62,011 nt of DNA from Neoconidiobolus thromboides FSU 785 (lineage: Eukaryota > Fungi > Entomophthoromycota), in the NCBI GenBank assembly GCA_025603075.1, contig MU626382.1:1-62011 (forward strand), read 5' to 3'. Each line of letters opens with the position of its first letter. Position 1 is the first letter of the stretch. Of the stretch, positions 52,441-62,011 are shown in pieces. Both the position numbers and the translations under genes were made by a program. The notes below the pieces were generated by a model. That model searched no databases, was not told where the DNA came from, and saw only the letters and a program-made list of their open reading frames with translations.

Positions 52441-53521
52441 ATTATGATATATTTTTTTATACTCATATTGTTAAATTTTTTGGGTTTATATACTATTTTT
52501 TGCATACAGCAGATACTATTAAACACTAAAATTTGTGACTGTACAGATGAATGTTACTTTAGCTAGAGCTATACTTAGCTTTATAACAATACATTGTTCT
52601 ATATTGTTTTGCGCTCTTTTGATATTAAAATTTTCTTTTGTAAGCTATGGGTAATGTTTCGTTCTATTTTAAACTCTTGAGAGCTCATAAGACCAGATAT
52701 GTTATTTAATTAATGATGTATTATAGGGAAAATGAGAATAGCGTATGTTTTATTTTCTAAAAATACACATCGTGTTAAAAAGCCAGCAATGAGTTTAATT
52801 AAACAAAGATGGAACAAAGGGAAAACAAGAAAAGTATAAAGTTATTTCGTTATAGAGCTTTGAAGAGTATTTACAAATGTAGGCTGAAGATTAAATTTAG
52901 CTGTAACCTTTGAACGATTTGAGAGTAGCTTCCTCGATGACTCAAAGGGACTAAGCTCGCCTTTTATCTAAGTTGGCAAAGGAGTGTTTTTTGACACAGA
53001 AACAATAGTTGGTGTTTTTATTTAATGAAATAAGTTATAAGCAATAAATGTTCCTTTAAACTTATCTATAAACGAGAATAAGTTTTTCTATGAAATAACC
53101 CTAAGCGTCTCATTTGGTAGAATAGAAAGGCTAATTAACTAAGTTAGCCATCTTAAGAACTAACTAATTAATAGGGTCGATCTAGTAAAGTTATTACTAA
53201 GCTTTATTAATCCTTTAGTTTAAAATTTAAATAATCTAAAGGAGTTGAACTAAATTCTAATCTACAGAGTGCTCCCACTGATTGGTGAGCGGGTAAAGTC
53301 CAAGAGAGATGGGTCTGTGGAACGAGTCCAATCTAAAAAGTTATACATTATTTATAAGTAATCCATATGTATGAGAAAATGACTATGACTTTGGGTATGA
53401 TATGCAGTTTAAAAAAAGATAGTGATGATATTAAAAAAGTAAGAAGCAACGTTAAATTGAATTCGTTGAATAATTTTATTTTAAAGCATAGGGGTACCTT
53501 AACAAAAAATTAAAAGCATAT

Positions 53522-53618
53522 GGGGATATATTTTTTGATTTCATCACTTTTTCCACTTTTTAAGTACTGTTTAAGTGGAAGTTACTAGCGAAATTCTTAA
53601 ATAAAAAAATACATCCCT
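53522..53618 (-). mobile_element. ~98-bp MITE copy
   Basis: Full length, flanks ATAT/ATAT. Confidence 0.85.
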
Positions 53619-53745
53619 ATATCAAATAGTAGTGTATCTATAGTATATAAATAAAGAAAAAATGTAAGAAAAACACAGTAAACAAAACAATTACCTTATT
53701 ATTTACATTCAAATTTACTAAAAATCATTAGAAATCGTTATAAAT

Positions 53746-54073
53746 TTATAGAAACATGAATCCAGATGGCTTATCAAAAGTACGTGAACCACCAAAAGAA
53801 TTCAATATAAAGTTATCATCACATATATATTTGGGGAAAAATTTTAGATGGAATTTGCTGACGCATGGTTATTTGATTTGTTCAGCCACACCAAAATATT
53901 CAGGGCCTGGTCCAACATAAACTTTTTTACCATTGACTCAGGTTACAATTAAAACAAAAATTGGTTAATATTTTATTTTTTTACTGCTAATATTATAAAT
54001 TATCAATTGGATCTTCATTCTAGGCAAGGATAGTGGAACGTACTAATAAACTGAAGATGGTGGAGAATTTCAT
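53746..54073 (-). pseudogene. Pseudogene of the GPGPGCFG secreted family (member 3)
   Basis: Colinear with 52100-52440 but has in-frame stops (CAA>TAG, CGA>TGA), donor GT>AT and loss of the first Cys (VNGKKVYVGPGPEYFG). MITEs lie on both sides. Confidence 0.85.
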
Positions 54074-54126
54074 TTTGTAGCTAGTTTTTTATAATTATCA
54101 CCATGTTTGAAGCTTTGACTTGATAT

Positions 54127-54224
54127 GGGGATGTATTTTTATGTTTAAGAGTTTTACTAACAAATTTTCTATTTAGATAGTGCTTAAAAGATGGAAAAAG
54201 TAATGAAGCTAAAAAAATATCACC
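54127..54224 (+). mobile_element. ~98-bp MITE copy
   Basis: Full length, flanks ATAT/ATAT, 53 bp upstream of the pseudogene ATG at 54073. Confidence 0.85.
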
Positions 54225-54970
54225 ATATACTATTTTCTGTATATAAAAAGTGCTATTAAATATCACCTTTTTAATTATGCGAACTAATTGTTACTCTATA
54301 TCTTTTTATGAGCATTATTATAATAAGTTATTTTATGGATTTATTGTTTGAAATATTGTTTGATGGAATAATTGTTACTAATATTAATGTTCCTTTAAAA
54401 ACTACGACATTCAATATTTTATGTTCATTTTTCACCAAAATTATAATAGAACAACTTTTCTCTTAAACCCGATTTTATATAAGTATTTTTGAAATAATTG
54501 AATGAAAAAGCAAACACCTAGTACTATATAAGTTTAAATGCGTACAAACCAAATGTGTATTTGAAAAAATAATCAAATCTCAGGCAGTAATGTGGAAAAT
54601 ATTGATTATTATTTCTAAATGAATGTTTAGCTAGTGCACGTTTGAACTTAAAGAGCACTTGATTTTGGTTCAATTATTTCGGAAAACGCTGTGAATAAAT
54701 TTATGTTTCAACTTTTTTGATGCTTGTTAGAATTTGTGTATATCATTTAAAACCATATTAATAAATAATATAATACTATATTATTTATTTCTAATTTTCA
54801 TAATCGTCTTTTGTCTAGATCTCTTATCGATACTATGCTTTCTTCTTTTCTGTTGAAGTTGAGGGTATATTGTTAATTTTTTTATTCAAAACTGGTTGCA
54901 TTTATATATCTTCAATATTTTTTAATTTATTGCAAATTCATTTTACAATGAACATAGTTCGTAATAATGT

Positions 54971-55065
54971 AGGGATGTATTTTTTTTGTTTAAGAATTTT
55001 ACTAATAGTTCTTCCACTCAGATAGTATTCAAAAAATGGAAGTAATGATACCAAAAAACATCTGC
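54971..55065 (+). mobile_element. ~98-bp MITE copy
   Basis: Near full length, flanks ATGT/ATGT. Confidence 0.8.
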
Positions 55066-55404
55066 ATGTATATGATCAATAAAGTGTCATAAAAGAGATT
55101 TAAGGCAAACCAAAAAATGATGCTAACATCTAAATGCAGCCAGTTCTACTAATTAACCTATGGGACATCTTTGTTTTAGTGTTTGGTAATAGATTTTTAA
55201 ATTTATTTTACAAAAATGGACAAACAGATGGACTAAAAAGGCAGGTGCTTTATTTTTTCAAAAATAATTTATCAAAGTAAATTGTTTTAAAACTAAACAA
55301 GATTAAAGCAAAATATGTCCAAATAAGATTGCGTGAAAGTAAACTTTAGTTAAAAAAGAAAAGTGATTGAGTTTATTTTATTTATTATATGAACTTACAA
55401 ATGA

Positions 55405-56730
55405 CTAAAATAAGTATTTGTTTAAGTCATTGTCAAATAAGGGAATGACATCTTGGTTGACTCTTGACGTTTCTTTTTCAAACTCAATGATGGCCCCAGA
55501 AGTATGATAAATAGCAATATTATAAGTAATAGTGAACAGTTGTAAAATTAATTTGAAATAAAATAATTGATCAGAAGTAAAGGAAAATAAGTTTAACAAA
55601 TGATCAAACAATAGCATAAAATTGAAAGAAATCATTAATAACAAATTACAGTTTGTTAATTTTTTATAATGACTAAACTCAATATTGTATATTTTTAGTT
55701 TGTTTTTGAGTAATAAAAATAGTACTATACACAATAATGTACTAAAGCTTATTATAATTAATATTAAATCAAATGTTTCTAATCTATTGAACCATCGAGT
55801 ATCAACATTGACATAATCTAAAAGATAAAACATAAGGACTAACCTTGTAACGATTGTAATAAAGTAGATTGAATAAATTGATACAACTGTTAAATTAACC
55901 AAAGTCCGCAGCGATTTATGATTCATCAATAGAACTGAGTTAACCCAATGGTATAATGAGCAAAAAGTAGATAAAGTAGCTAATAATAAAACTGAAGTAT
56001 TATAAAATGAAGTAGCCTTATAAGTTGCATCGTTAATTTCAAACAGAAACTGAATCCCAAAGTGAAAAATATTACTTGCTAATAATAATATTGATAGCTT
56101 AAATGTGAGCTTGTAATTTAAAACAACAAACAATAGTAATAGTAATTGAGTTAGTACAAAAGCTAGGTTTAAAATTGTTATAAACACCTTGATTATTATT
56201 GATGACTCTTTCTTTTGAGTCATATACCAACTGTTATATGTATCAGTATATTCAATTGTATCTGTGTTGTCTAACTGATTCGTTGATGGCAGTAAAACAT
56301 AACCTAGCCTATCTATTTTATAGAATAAATGATCGTATATCCCTAGTTGTGGACTTCCTAATGGCCTTTTATCTCCATCAATGGACATTATTAATATTGA
56401 ACCAACATTAGGGTAGTTTAGCTTCAACAATTGATCTTCAACACGTTTAATTTCCTCACTATGTATACTATAAGTATTACATTTTATAGTAGGTCGATAT
56501 AAAAGAGAAGTGTAGTCGTAAGTGCGATTTGGTTTAAAAGATTCAATTTTGGAATTAAGTTGAATTCTGCATGTATTATCGTCTATTTCTAACCTTATTA
56601 AATATTGTTCAACGTTTTGATGAGGTAAGGTAAGTTGAAATAAGTTCATACTATTAAGCTTCCCATTGTTAAATAACAAATAAGCCTTTATTATTGAAAC
56701 AGCATTTAAATAAATAAAGATAAATATCAT
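55405..56730 (-). CDS. Signal peptide + ectodomain + 7TM receptor-like protein, paralog 2
   Basis: Intronless 441 aa with NYPNVGSILIMSIDGDKRPLGSPQLG and seven TM segments. Confidence 0.82.
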   Translation of the reverse strand: MIFIFIYLNAVSIIKAYLLFNNGKLNSMNLFQLTLPHQNVEQYLIRLEIDDNTCRIQLNSKIESFKPNRTYDYTSLLYRPTIKCNTYSIHSEEIKRVEDQLLKLNYPNVGSILIMSIDGDKRPLGSPQLGIYDHLFYKIDRLGYVLLPSTNQLDNTDTIEYTDTYNSWYMTQKKESSIIIKVFITILNLAFVLTQLLLLLFVVLNYKLTFKLSILLLASNIFHFGIQFLFEINDATYKATSFYNTSVLLLATLSTFCSLYHWVNSVLLMNHKSLRTLVNLTVVSIYSIYFITIVTRLVLMFYLLDYVNVDTRWFNRLETFDLILIIISFSTLLCIVLFLLLKNKLKIYNIEFSHYKKLTNCNLLLMISFNFMLLFDHLLNLFSFTSDQLFYFKLILQLFTITYNIAIYHTSGAIIEFEKETSRVNQDVIPLFDNDLNKYLF

Positions 56731-57628
56731 GTTGTTTTTTATAGAAAATTACTTTCTTTATTTTATTTATATACTATTCTTACGAATAAGGGGTAAATAA
56801 GTCAAATTTAATTTTATACCCCTAATTTTTTAATAAACATTTTTGCTATTAATTTTTAGCTTTTATACAATTAGCTATTTTGCCTATCCTATCTGTACTA
56901 CAAACAGACCCTGTTTTGTTTATTAATATGTGTTTAGCTCGTTTCGTTATAATATAATATGACTCCTATTTATTATAATAAGTTATTGTTCTGATAAATT
57001 TTAATATATCCCCATCTACTTTAAATCAGTTCACAAGTTGGATTCTGTATTGATTTAATTAATAGCGGCTTTGAATTTGGTTTATCCTTTGATTAAATAC
57101 CTTTATTTTAAACTCTAGCACAATTTGATTGGCTATTTTTTAAAAATGATATTTCTAAATATAGACTAATATTATTGAACAACTTTTTAGCTGAATCCTT
57201 GGTTACTATTTTCACTTATAATTTACGCACCTTTATAAGAAAAAGCGAACATTTCGTAACAAGTTTTGCTATTTGCCTGAAAAAACTTGCGGCTTTTTAT
57301 TTATAAATGCGAAAAATTTAACCTTGGGTTTACATGAAATGCGCAATTTTTAAATCAAATAGCAGTCTATTACAAAATTTTTACTCTTTTATATAGATGT
57401 ATAAGCCATAAGTAAAAATAGTGTATAAATTCTAAAAGCTAGAGGTAGGCAAATTTATTGATAAAATAGTATAATTCCTATAATATAAGTTGGAGTGAGA
57501 TAAACTTTATCTTTACTAATAACAGCATAAACATTGAATATAACAAAAAGGTAATATACAGGTCTACAGTTTACACTTTGCGAATGGCAAGCCCACATTT
57601 AAAATAAGGCACCCATTTCTAAGTATAT

Positions 57629-57727
57629 GGGGATGTTTTTTTCGGGTTCATCACTTTTTCCATCTTTTAAGCGCTATTTGAGTGGAAAGTTTGTTAGTAA
57701 AGTTTTGAAACGAAAAAATACAGCCTC
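57629..57727 (-). mobile_element. ~98-bp MITE copy
   Basis: Full length, flanks ATAT/ATAT. Confidence 0.85.
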
Positions 57728-58115
57728 ATATTTTTTTGACAAACTTCCTTAACCTTTGAGTTTTTTATATTTTTACTAGTTTCAAAGTGAAAGTTTTTAA
57801 GTATAAATCTTATTAATCAAGTCCATTACATCCAAGGAACATAGTATTACGTTAAATTTACTGCTTTTGGATTAAAAAACTTACAAGGGTATATATTCAG
57901 ATCCTTTCAATAACTGTATACATTTTGGTTTTTCTAAAATTCTTGCTATTTGTTTCAAGTTTTATTAAACTTTTAGTATTAAACAAAATTTAGAAATGTT
58001 AACTGGGTTTACTTGATTTTACTGATACTGAATTGTTGTTTTTAGATCATTAAATAAGATAATGTTTCATAAAGCTCAGCTATTGCACAATGTAAAATTT
58101 ATTAAATTAAAAAAT

Positions 58116-58213
58116 GAGGATGTATTTTTGTGTTCAAGAGTTTTGCTAACAAATTTTCCGCTTAAATAGTGCTTAAAAAATGGAAAAATAATGAAGTTAA
58201 AAAAGACACTCCC
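58116..58213 (+). mobile_element. ~98-bp MITE copy, left member of an inverted pair
   Basis: Flanks AAAT/AAAT; 97/98 identical to the reverse complement of 58226-58323. Confidence 0.88.
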
Positions 58214-58225
58214 AAATAAACAAAT

Positions 58226-58323
58226 GGGAGTGTCTTTTTTAACTTCATTATTTTTCCATTTTTTAAGCACTATTTAAGCGGAAAATTTGTTAGCAAAACT
58301 CTTGAACACAAAAATACATCCCC
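58226..58323 (-). mobile_element. ~98-bp MITE copy, right member of an inverted pair
   Basis: Flanks AAAT/AAAT on the + strand. Confidence 0.88.
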
Positions 58324-58565
58324 AAATGTAAAAATCGACTTAAGAGTACTAAACACAAATATCATAAAATAACATAAATAAAAACCACTCATGTAGTCAA
58401 AAATTTACTGCTAATAAGTTTAAAACATGCTATTTGATCTATTTTTTTGATCTTGAAAGGGTATAAGCCAAGTGTTTTATTAGTGTCAGAAATTGTTTAT
58501 TTTAAACCCAACATATGAATACCTGTAAACAAAATCTAAAAAACTTGAATTGATTTTGCAATATC

Positions 58566-59873
58566 TTATTTCAGTTCCCCCTCTGGAAGTTCAAACTCTT
58601 GTTCAACTTTTGCTATCTTTTCATCGAACTCAACGATAACTTCAGCAATTTGATGAATGATAATGTTATAAGTGATGGTGAATATCTGTAAAACTAACCT
58701 AAAATAAAATAATTCATCAGAAGAGAATGAAAATAATTTAACTAAGTGGTCAAATAATAAAATAAAATTGAAGGAAATCATTAATAGTAAATTACTATTC
58801 GTTAATTTTTTATAATGTCTAAATTCAATGTTATATATTTTCAATTTGTTTTTGAATAGTAAAAATAATACTATACATAATAATATAGCGAAGTTTACTA
58901 TAATTAACACCAAATCGAATATTACTAAACTATTGAACCATGAAGCATTGATATTGATGTAACTTAAAAGATATGATAAAAGAACCAATCTTATAATAAT
59001 AGTAATAAAATAGGTTGAGTAGATTAATATAATTATCAAATTAGTTAGCTTCCTTATTGACATATGATTCAATAATAAAACTGAGTTAATCCAATGATAC
59101 AATGACCAAAATGTAGATAGAGTAGCTAATAATAAAATTGATGAGTTATAAAATGTTATAATTATATAGTCAGCTTCTAATGCGTGAATAAGTAATTCAC
59201 CACCATGTTGTAAAATACCAATAATTAGTAAAGTGATTGATAATTTAGCAAATAATTTATGATGAAACATTATCTTTAATGTTAGTATAATTTGGGATGC
59301 AACTACAATAGTTTTTATTACTTTTAAAATCACATCAACGACTCGATGTGATTCAATAAATTTTGGCTCATTCCAGTCGTTAACTACGTTATTGTATTTT
59401 ATAACTTTCACGTTATCTATTTGATTAGTTGATGGTACTAAGATATAACTATGTAAAGGGTCAGGATGAAAAGAGTGATCATAAAGACCTAGCTGTGGAC
59501 TTCCTAATGGCCTTCTATCTCCATCAATTAGCATAATCAAAATTGAACCAACATTAGGGTAATTTAAATGTGATAACTGTTCCCCAATATGATCGATCTC
59601 TTCACTATGTATCTTGTAACTGTTGCATTTTATAGTGGGTTGATATAAAAGAGAGGTGTAGTTGTATCTTTGTATCAAATTTTGCTTTTGGTCAATTTCT
59701 TTAATGGTACATGTATTATCATCAATCTCTAACTTCACCAAATACTGTTCACTGTTTTGGTATGGTAAATTAGACTGGAATAGATTAAGCGATGGTATTT
59801 TGGATTCACCAAAGAATATGTCTGACTTTATGAGAGGAATAAAATAGCAATAAAAATATAGCAACAAAAGCAT
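58566..59873 (-). CDS. Signal peptide + ectodomain + 7TM receptor-like protein, paralog 3
   Basis: The ORF opens at 59936, but the Met at 59873 begins a signal peptide (MLLLLYFYCYFIPLIKS). Closely similar to paralog 2 throughout. Confidence 0.82.
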   Translation of the reverse strand: MLLLLYFYCYFIPLIKSDIFFGESKIPSLNLFQSNLPYQNSEQYLVKLEIDDNTCTIKEIDQKQNLIQRYNYTSLLYQPTIKCNSYKIHSEEIDHIGEQLSHLNYPNVGSILIMLIDGDRRPLGSPQLGLYDHSFHPDPLHSYILVPSTNQIDNVKVIKYNNVVNDWNEPKFIESHRVVDVILKVIKTIVVASQIILTLKIMFHHKLFAKLSITLLIIGILQHGGELLIHALEADYIIITFYNSSILLLATLSTFWSLYHWINSVLLLNHMSIRKLTNLIIILIYSTYFITIIIRLVLLSYLLSYININASWFNSLVIFDLVLIIVNFAILLCIVLFLLFKNKLKIYNIEFRHYKKLTNSNLLLMISFNFILLFDHLVKLFSFSSDELFYFRLVLQIFTITYNIIIHQIAEVIVEFDEKIAKVEQEFELPEGELK

Positions 59874-60550
59874 TTTATTAATTAGCAGATTGGATTGTTG
59901 ATCTTTTAAATTTCTTCTCTCTTTATATAATTCCATATTTAATTTGAGGGTATTTTATCTTAAACATAGTTAAGTCCTTATTTCCTAATTTGATTAAATT
60001 TTTTGAATTATTTTTAGAATAACATTATAGAACGAACAGGCTTGGGCCCCAAGTTTGTATCTACAGTTGTTAGGGACTTTATAAATGTTTTTTCTTACTA
60101 TTATTGACTCTCTTATTCCCTTATATTTCTTTTAGTATTATTGAACTATTGATAAATTTTTAACCTAATATATATTCTCAGAGATAAAATGGTCAAAATG
60201 ATAAAACTTCAAAATCAACTAATTCAAACATTTTAATTGGAAAATTAAATTGGCTAATCTTGAGTTATTAGGTAAGCGGAGAATTTAAGTATACCCACCA
60301 ACCAGTTTATTTGTTTTTCAACCTAAATACTTATTATTGGATTGTTTGAGAGCAACATTAAGGTAGTTTCTGAAACAATTTTTATACTTTAAGTGATAAG
60401 AGGTAATAGATAGAAAATGCTATTAAAACAAGATCTGAATAGTATACATTTTTATATTGAACAATTTGTATATTTTTATTTTAATGTTAATAAACTTAAC
60501 ACGGTATTGGAATGACTTTGCAAATAGCGCAAAGTTCAAATTTATCATAT

Positions 60551-60648
60551 AGGGATGTATTTTTGTATTTAAGAATTTCACTGACAATTTTTCCACATAA
60601 ATAGCGCTTAAAAAATGGAAAAATAATGAAACTAAAAAAAACGGCCTC
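60551..60648 (+). mobile_element. ~98-bp MITE copy
   Basis: Full length, flanks ATAT/ATAT. Confidence 0.85.
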
Positions 60649-60843
60649 ATATTATTGATATTATGATTTTTTAATACCATTAAATTATTATTTGAAACAA
60701 ATAAAATTCCAAAAAATGCTTTAAATATTTACATAGATTACTAATTTATATTATGGTTTATAATAGTTGAACAATGCTCTTTAATATTAAAACTAATTGA
60801 TTTCTACAGTTTGAAGAATTAAAACTATCAGAAATAAAAACAT

Positions 60844-60942
60844 GAGAGTGTTTTTTTTGACTTCATTATTTTTTCCATTTTTTAAGCGCCATTTAAGCGG
60901 AAAATTTGTTAGTCAAATTCTTAAACACAAAAATACATCCCC
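60844..60942 (-). mobile_element. ~98-bp MITE copy
   Basis: Full length, flanks ACAT/ACAT. Confidence 0.85.
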
Positions 60943-61783
60943 ACATGTTTTATTAAAAGCTAAGTTGAGATCTTAATAGTAAGTAATTCTGTCTCCTTGT
61001 CTATTCGGGTTCTTCTATTCATATCTCTTTGCCTGTCAGTTAATTAGTTAATATTATTTTTACCAATGATAAAATACTCTGGAGTTCTCTCTTTCAAGGT
61101 TTTCTGATAATAATAATAAGTAATAATACTTATATTTATGAGAACTTGTAGCTGACGCTTTTATGCAATTTTCCATTATTAAAAACATATTAAGTTTTAC
61201 TCTCATATCAAAAATACAAAAGCAGGAGTAGTCATCTTATTTAATAAAAAGATCTATACGGACTAACTCATTTCAGCTCTTTGTCCACTTTTTAGGCAGC
61301 TTAGAACGTCCAAAAATCATTAACCAAATCCTTGAATAAAAAACGACCACTAATACTCTAACTACAAAACTAATACTATTATTAAGCCTGTATGGCAGTT
61401 TCTTATTTTTAGTTTATAGATCGTCAGGTTTATATAAAAATAATTCTGAAAATAGAAAACATTAGCTATATCTATCTGTTAACAGATTTAAAGCCATTAC
61501 AAAAGTTAATCACTGATAAAATTTCTCCGAGTTCTTATACTGTTAATACCCTTGAAGTTGGGGAAGCCACGAGAGTGTTACCTTCGCTTATTATTAATCA
61601 TCTCATCTTCTTTTTTTCGTAATAGTAAATTACTCATATATACTTGTTTTCTTTTTTATATTGAAGAGCTATTAGCCATTTGCTAAATTCTTTAATTACA
61701 ATTAATTACATAATCTATTTGGAAAGTTTGGCTGTTTAATAATATAAATAAAAGGCAAATCTTTACTTTTTCTTATTTTTTAA

Positions 61784-61985
61784 ATGAAATTAACAGAGTT
61801 GCCTACCGAAGTAATAGCTCAAATATTATCTGAGTTACACGACATAAAGGATTTATATAACTGTTTATTGACGTGTAAATTATTAAATAATGTAGCCAAA
61901 GTTGAGGAGATATGGAAAGAAAGGATAAGGCGAGACTACAATTTGTTATCTTATGTATCTGAACAGAGTCCGATATTTCGTAAAA
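61784..61985 (+). CDS. F-box protein, first exon (gene runs off the window)
   Basis: MKLTELPTEVIAQILSELHDIKDLYNCLLTCKLLNNVAKVEEIWKERIRRDY matches the F-box pattern. GTAAGT donor at 61986. Confidence 0.85.
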
Positions 61986-62011
61986 GTAAGTTTAAGCAAC
62001 TTTACAGAGCT

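Noticed and set aside
58112-58327. Template-switch (fold-back) origin of the palindrome
   Set aside because: The flanks of the second arm are direct AAAT repeats rather than inverted ones, favouring independent insertion.

Overview
Very AT-rich eukaryotic DNA, not prokaryotic. Genes carry short GT-AG introns (about 44-69 nt) and are separated by long intergenic tracts. Gene content suggests an early-diverging fungus, possibly Entomophthorales/Zoopagomycota (inference, not verified). Recognisable genes: spliced THI4, RPB4 (absent from the ORF track) and G6PD; three flavodoxin-like quinone reductases; a C2H2 zinc-finger factor; tRNA-Gly(GCC); the start of an F-box gene. The rest is mostly cell-surface or secreted orphans: a DUF4436-like membrane protein with ligand-gated-channel-like motifs, one orphan 7TM protein, three paralogous ectodomain+7TM proteins, three kelch-TM proteins, two GPI-type proteins, and a small secreted 'TRVNG..GPGPGCFG' family (2 intact genes, 1 pseudogene). 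Mobile DNA: about 30 copies of a ~98-bp MITE with GRGGATG...CATCCYC ends and 4-bp target duplications, plus three ~460-bp solo LTRs. There is also a decayed ABC transporter. No CRISPR array. All exon boundaries, counts and alignments were made by eye; no database searches were run.
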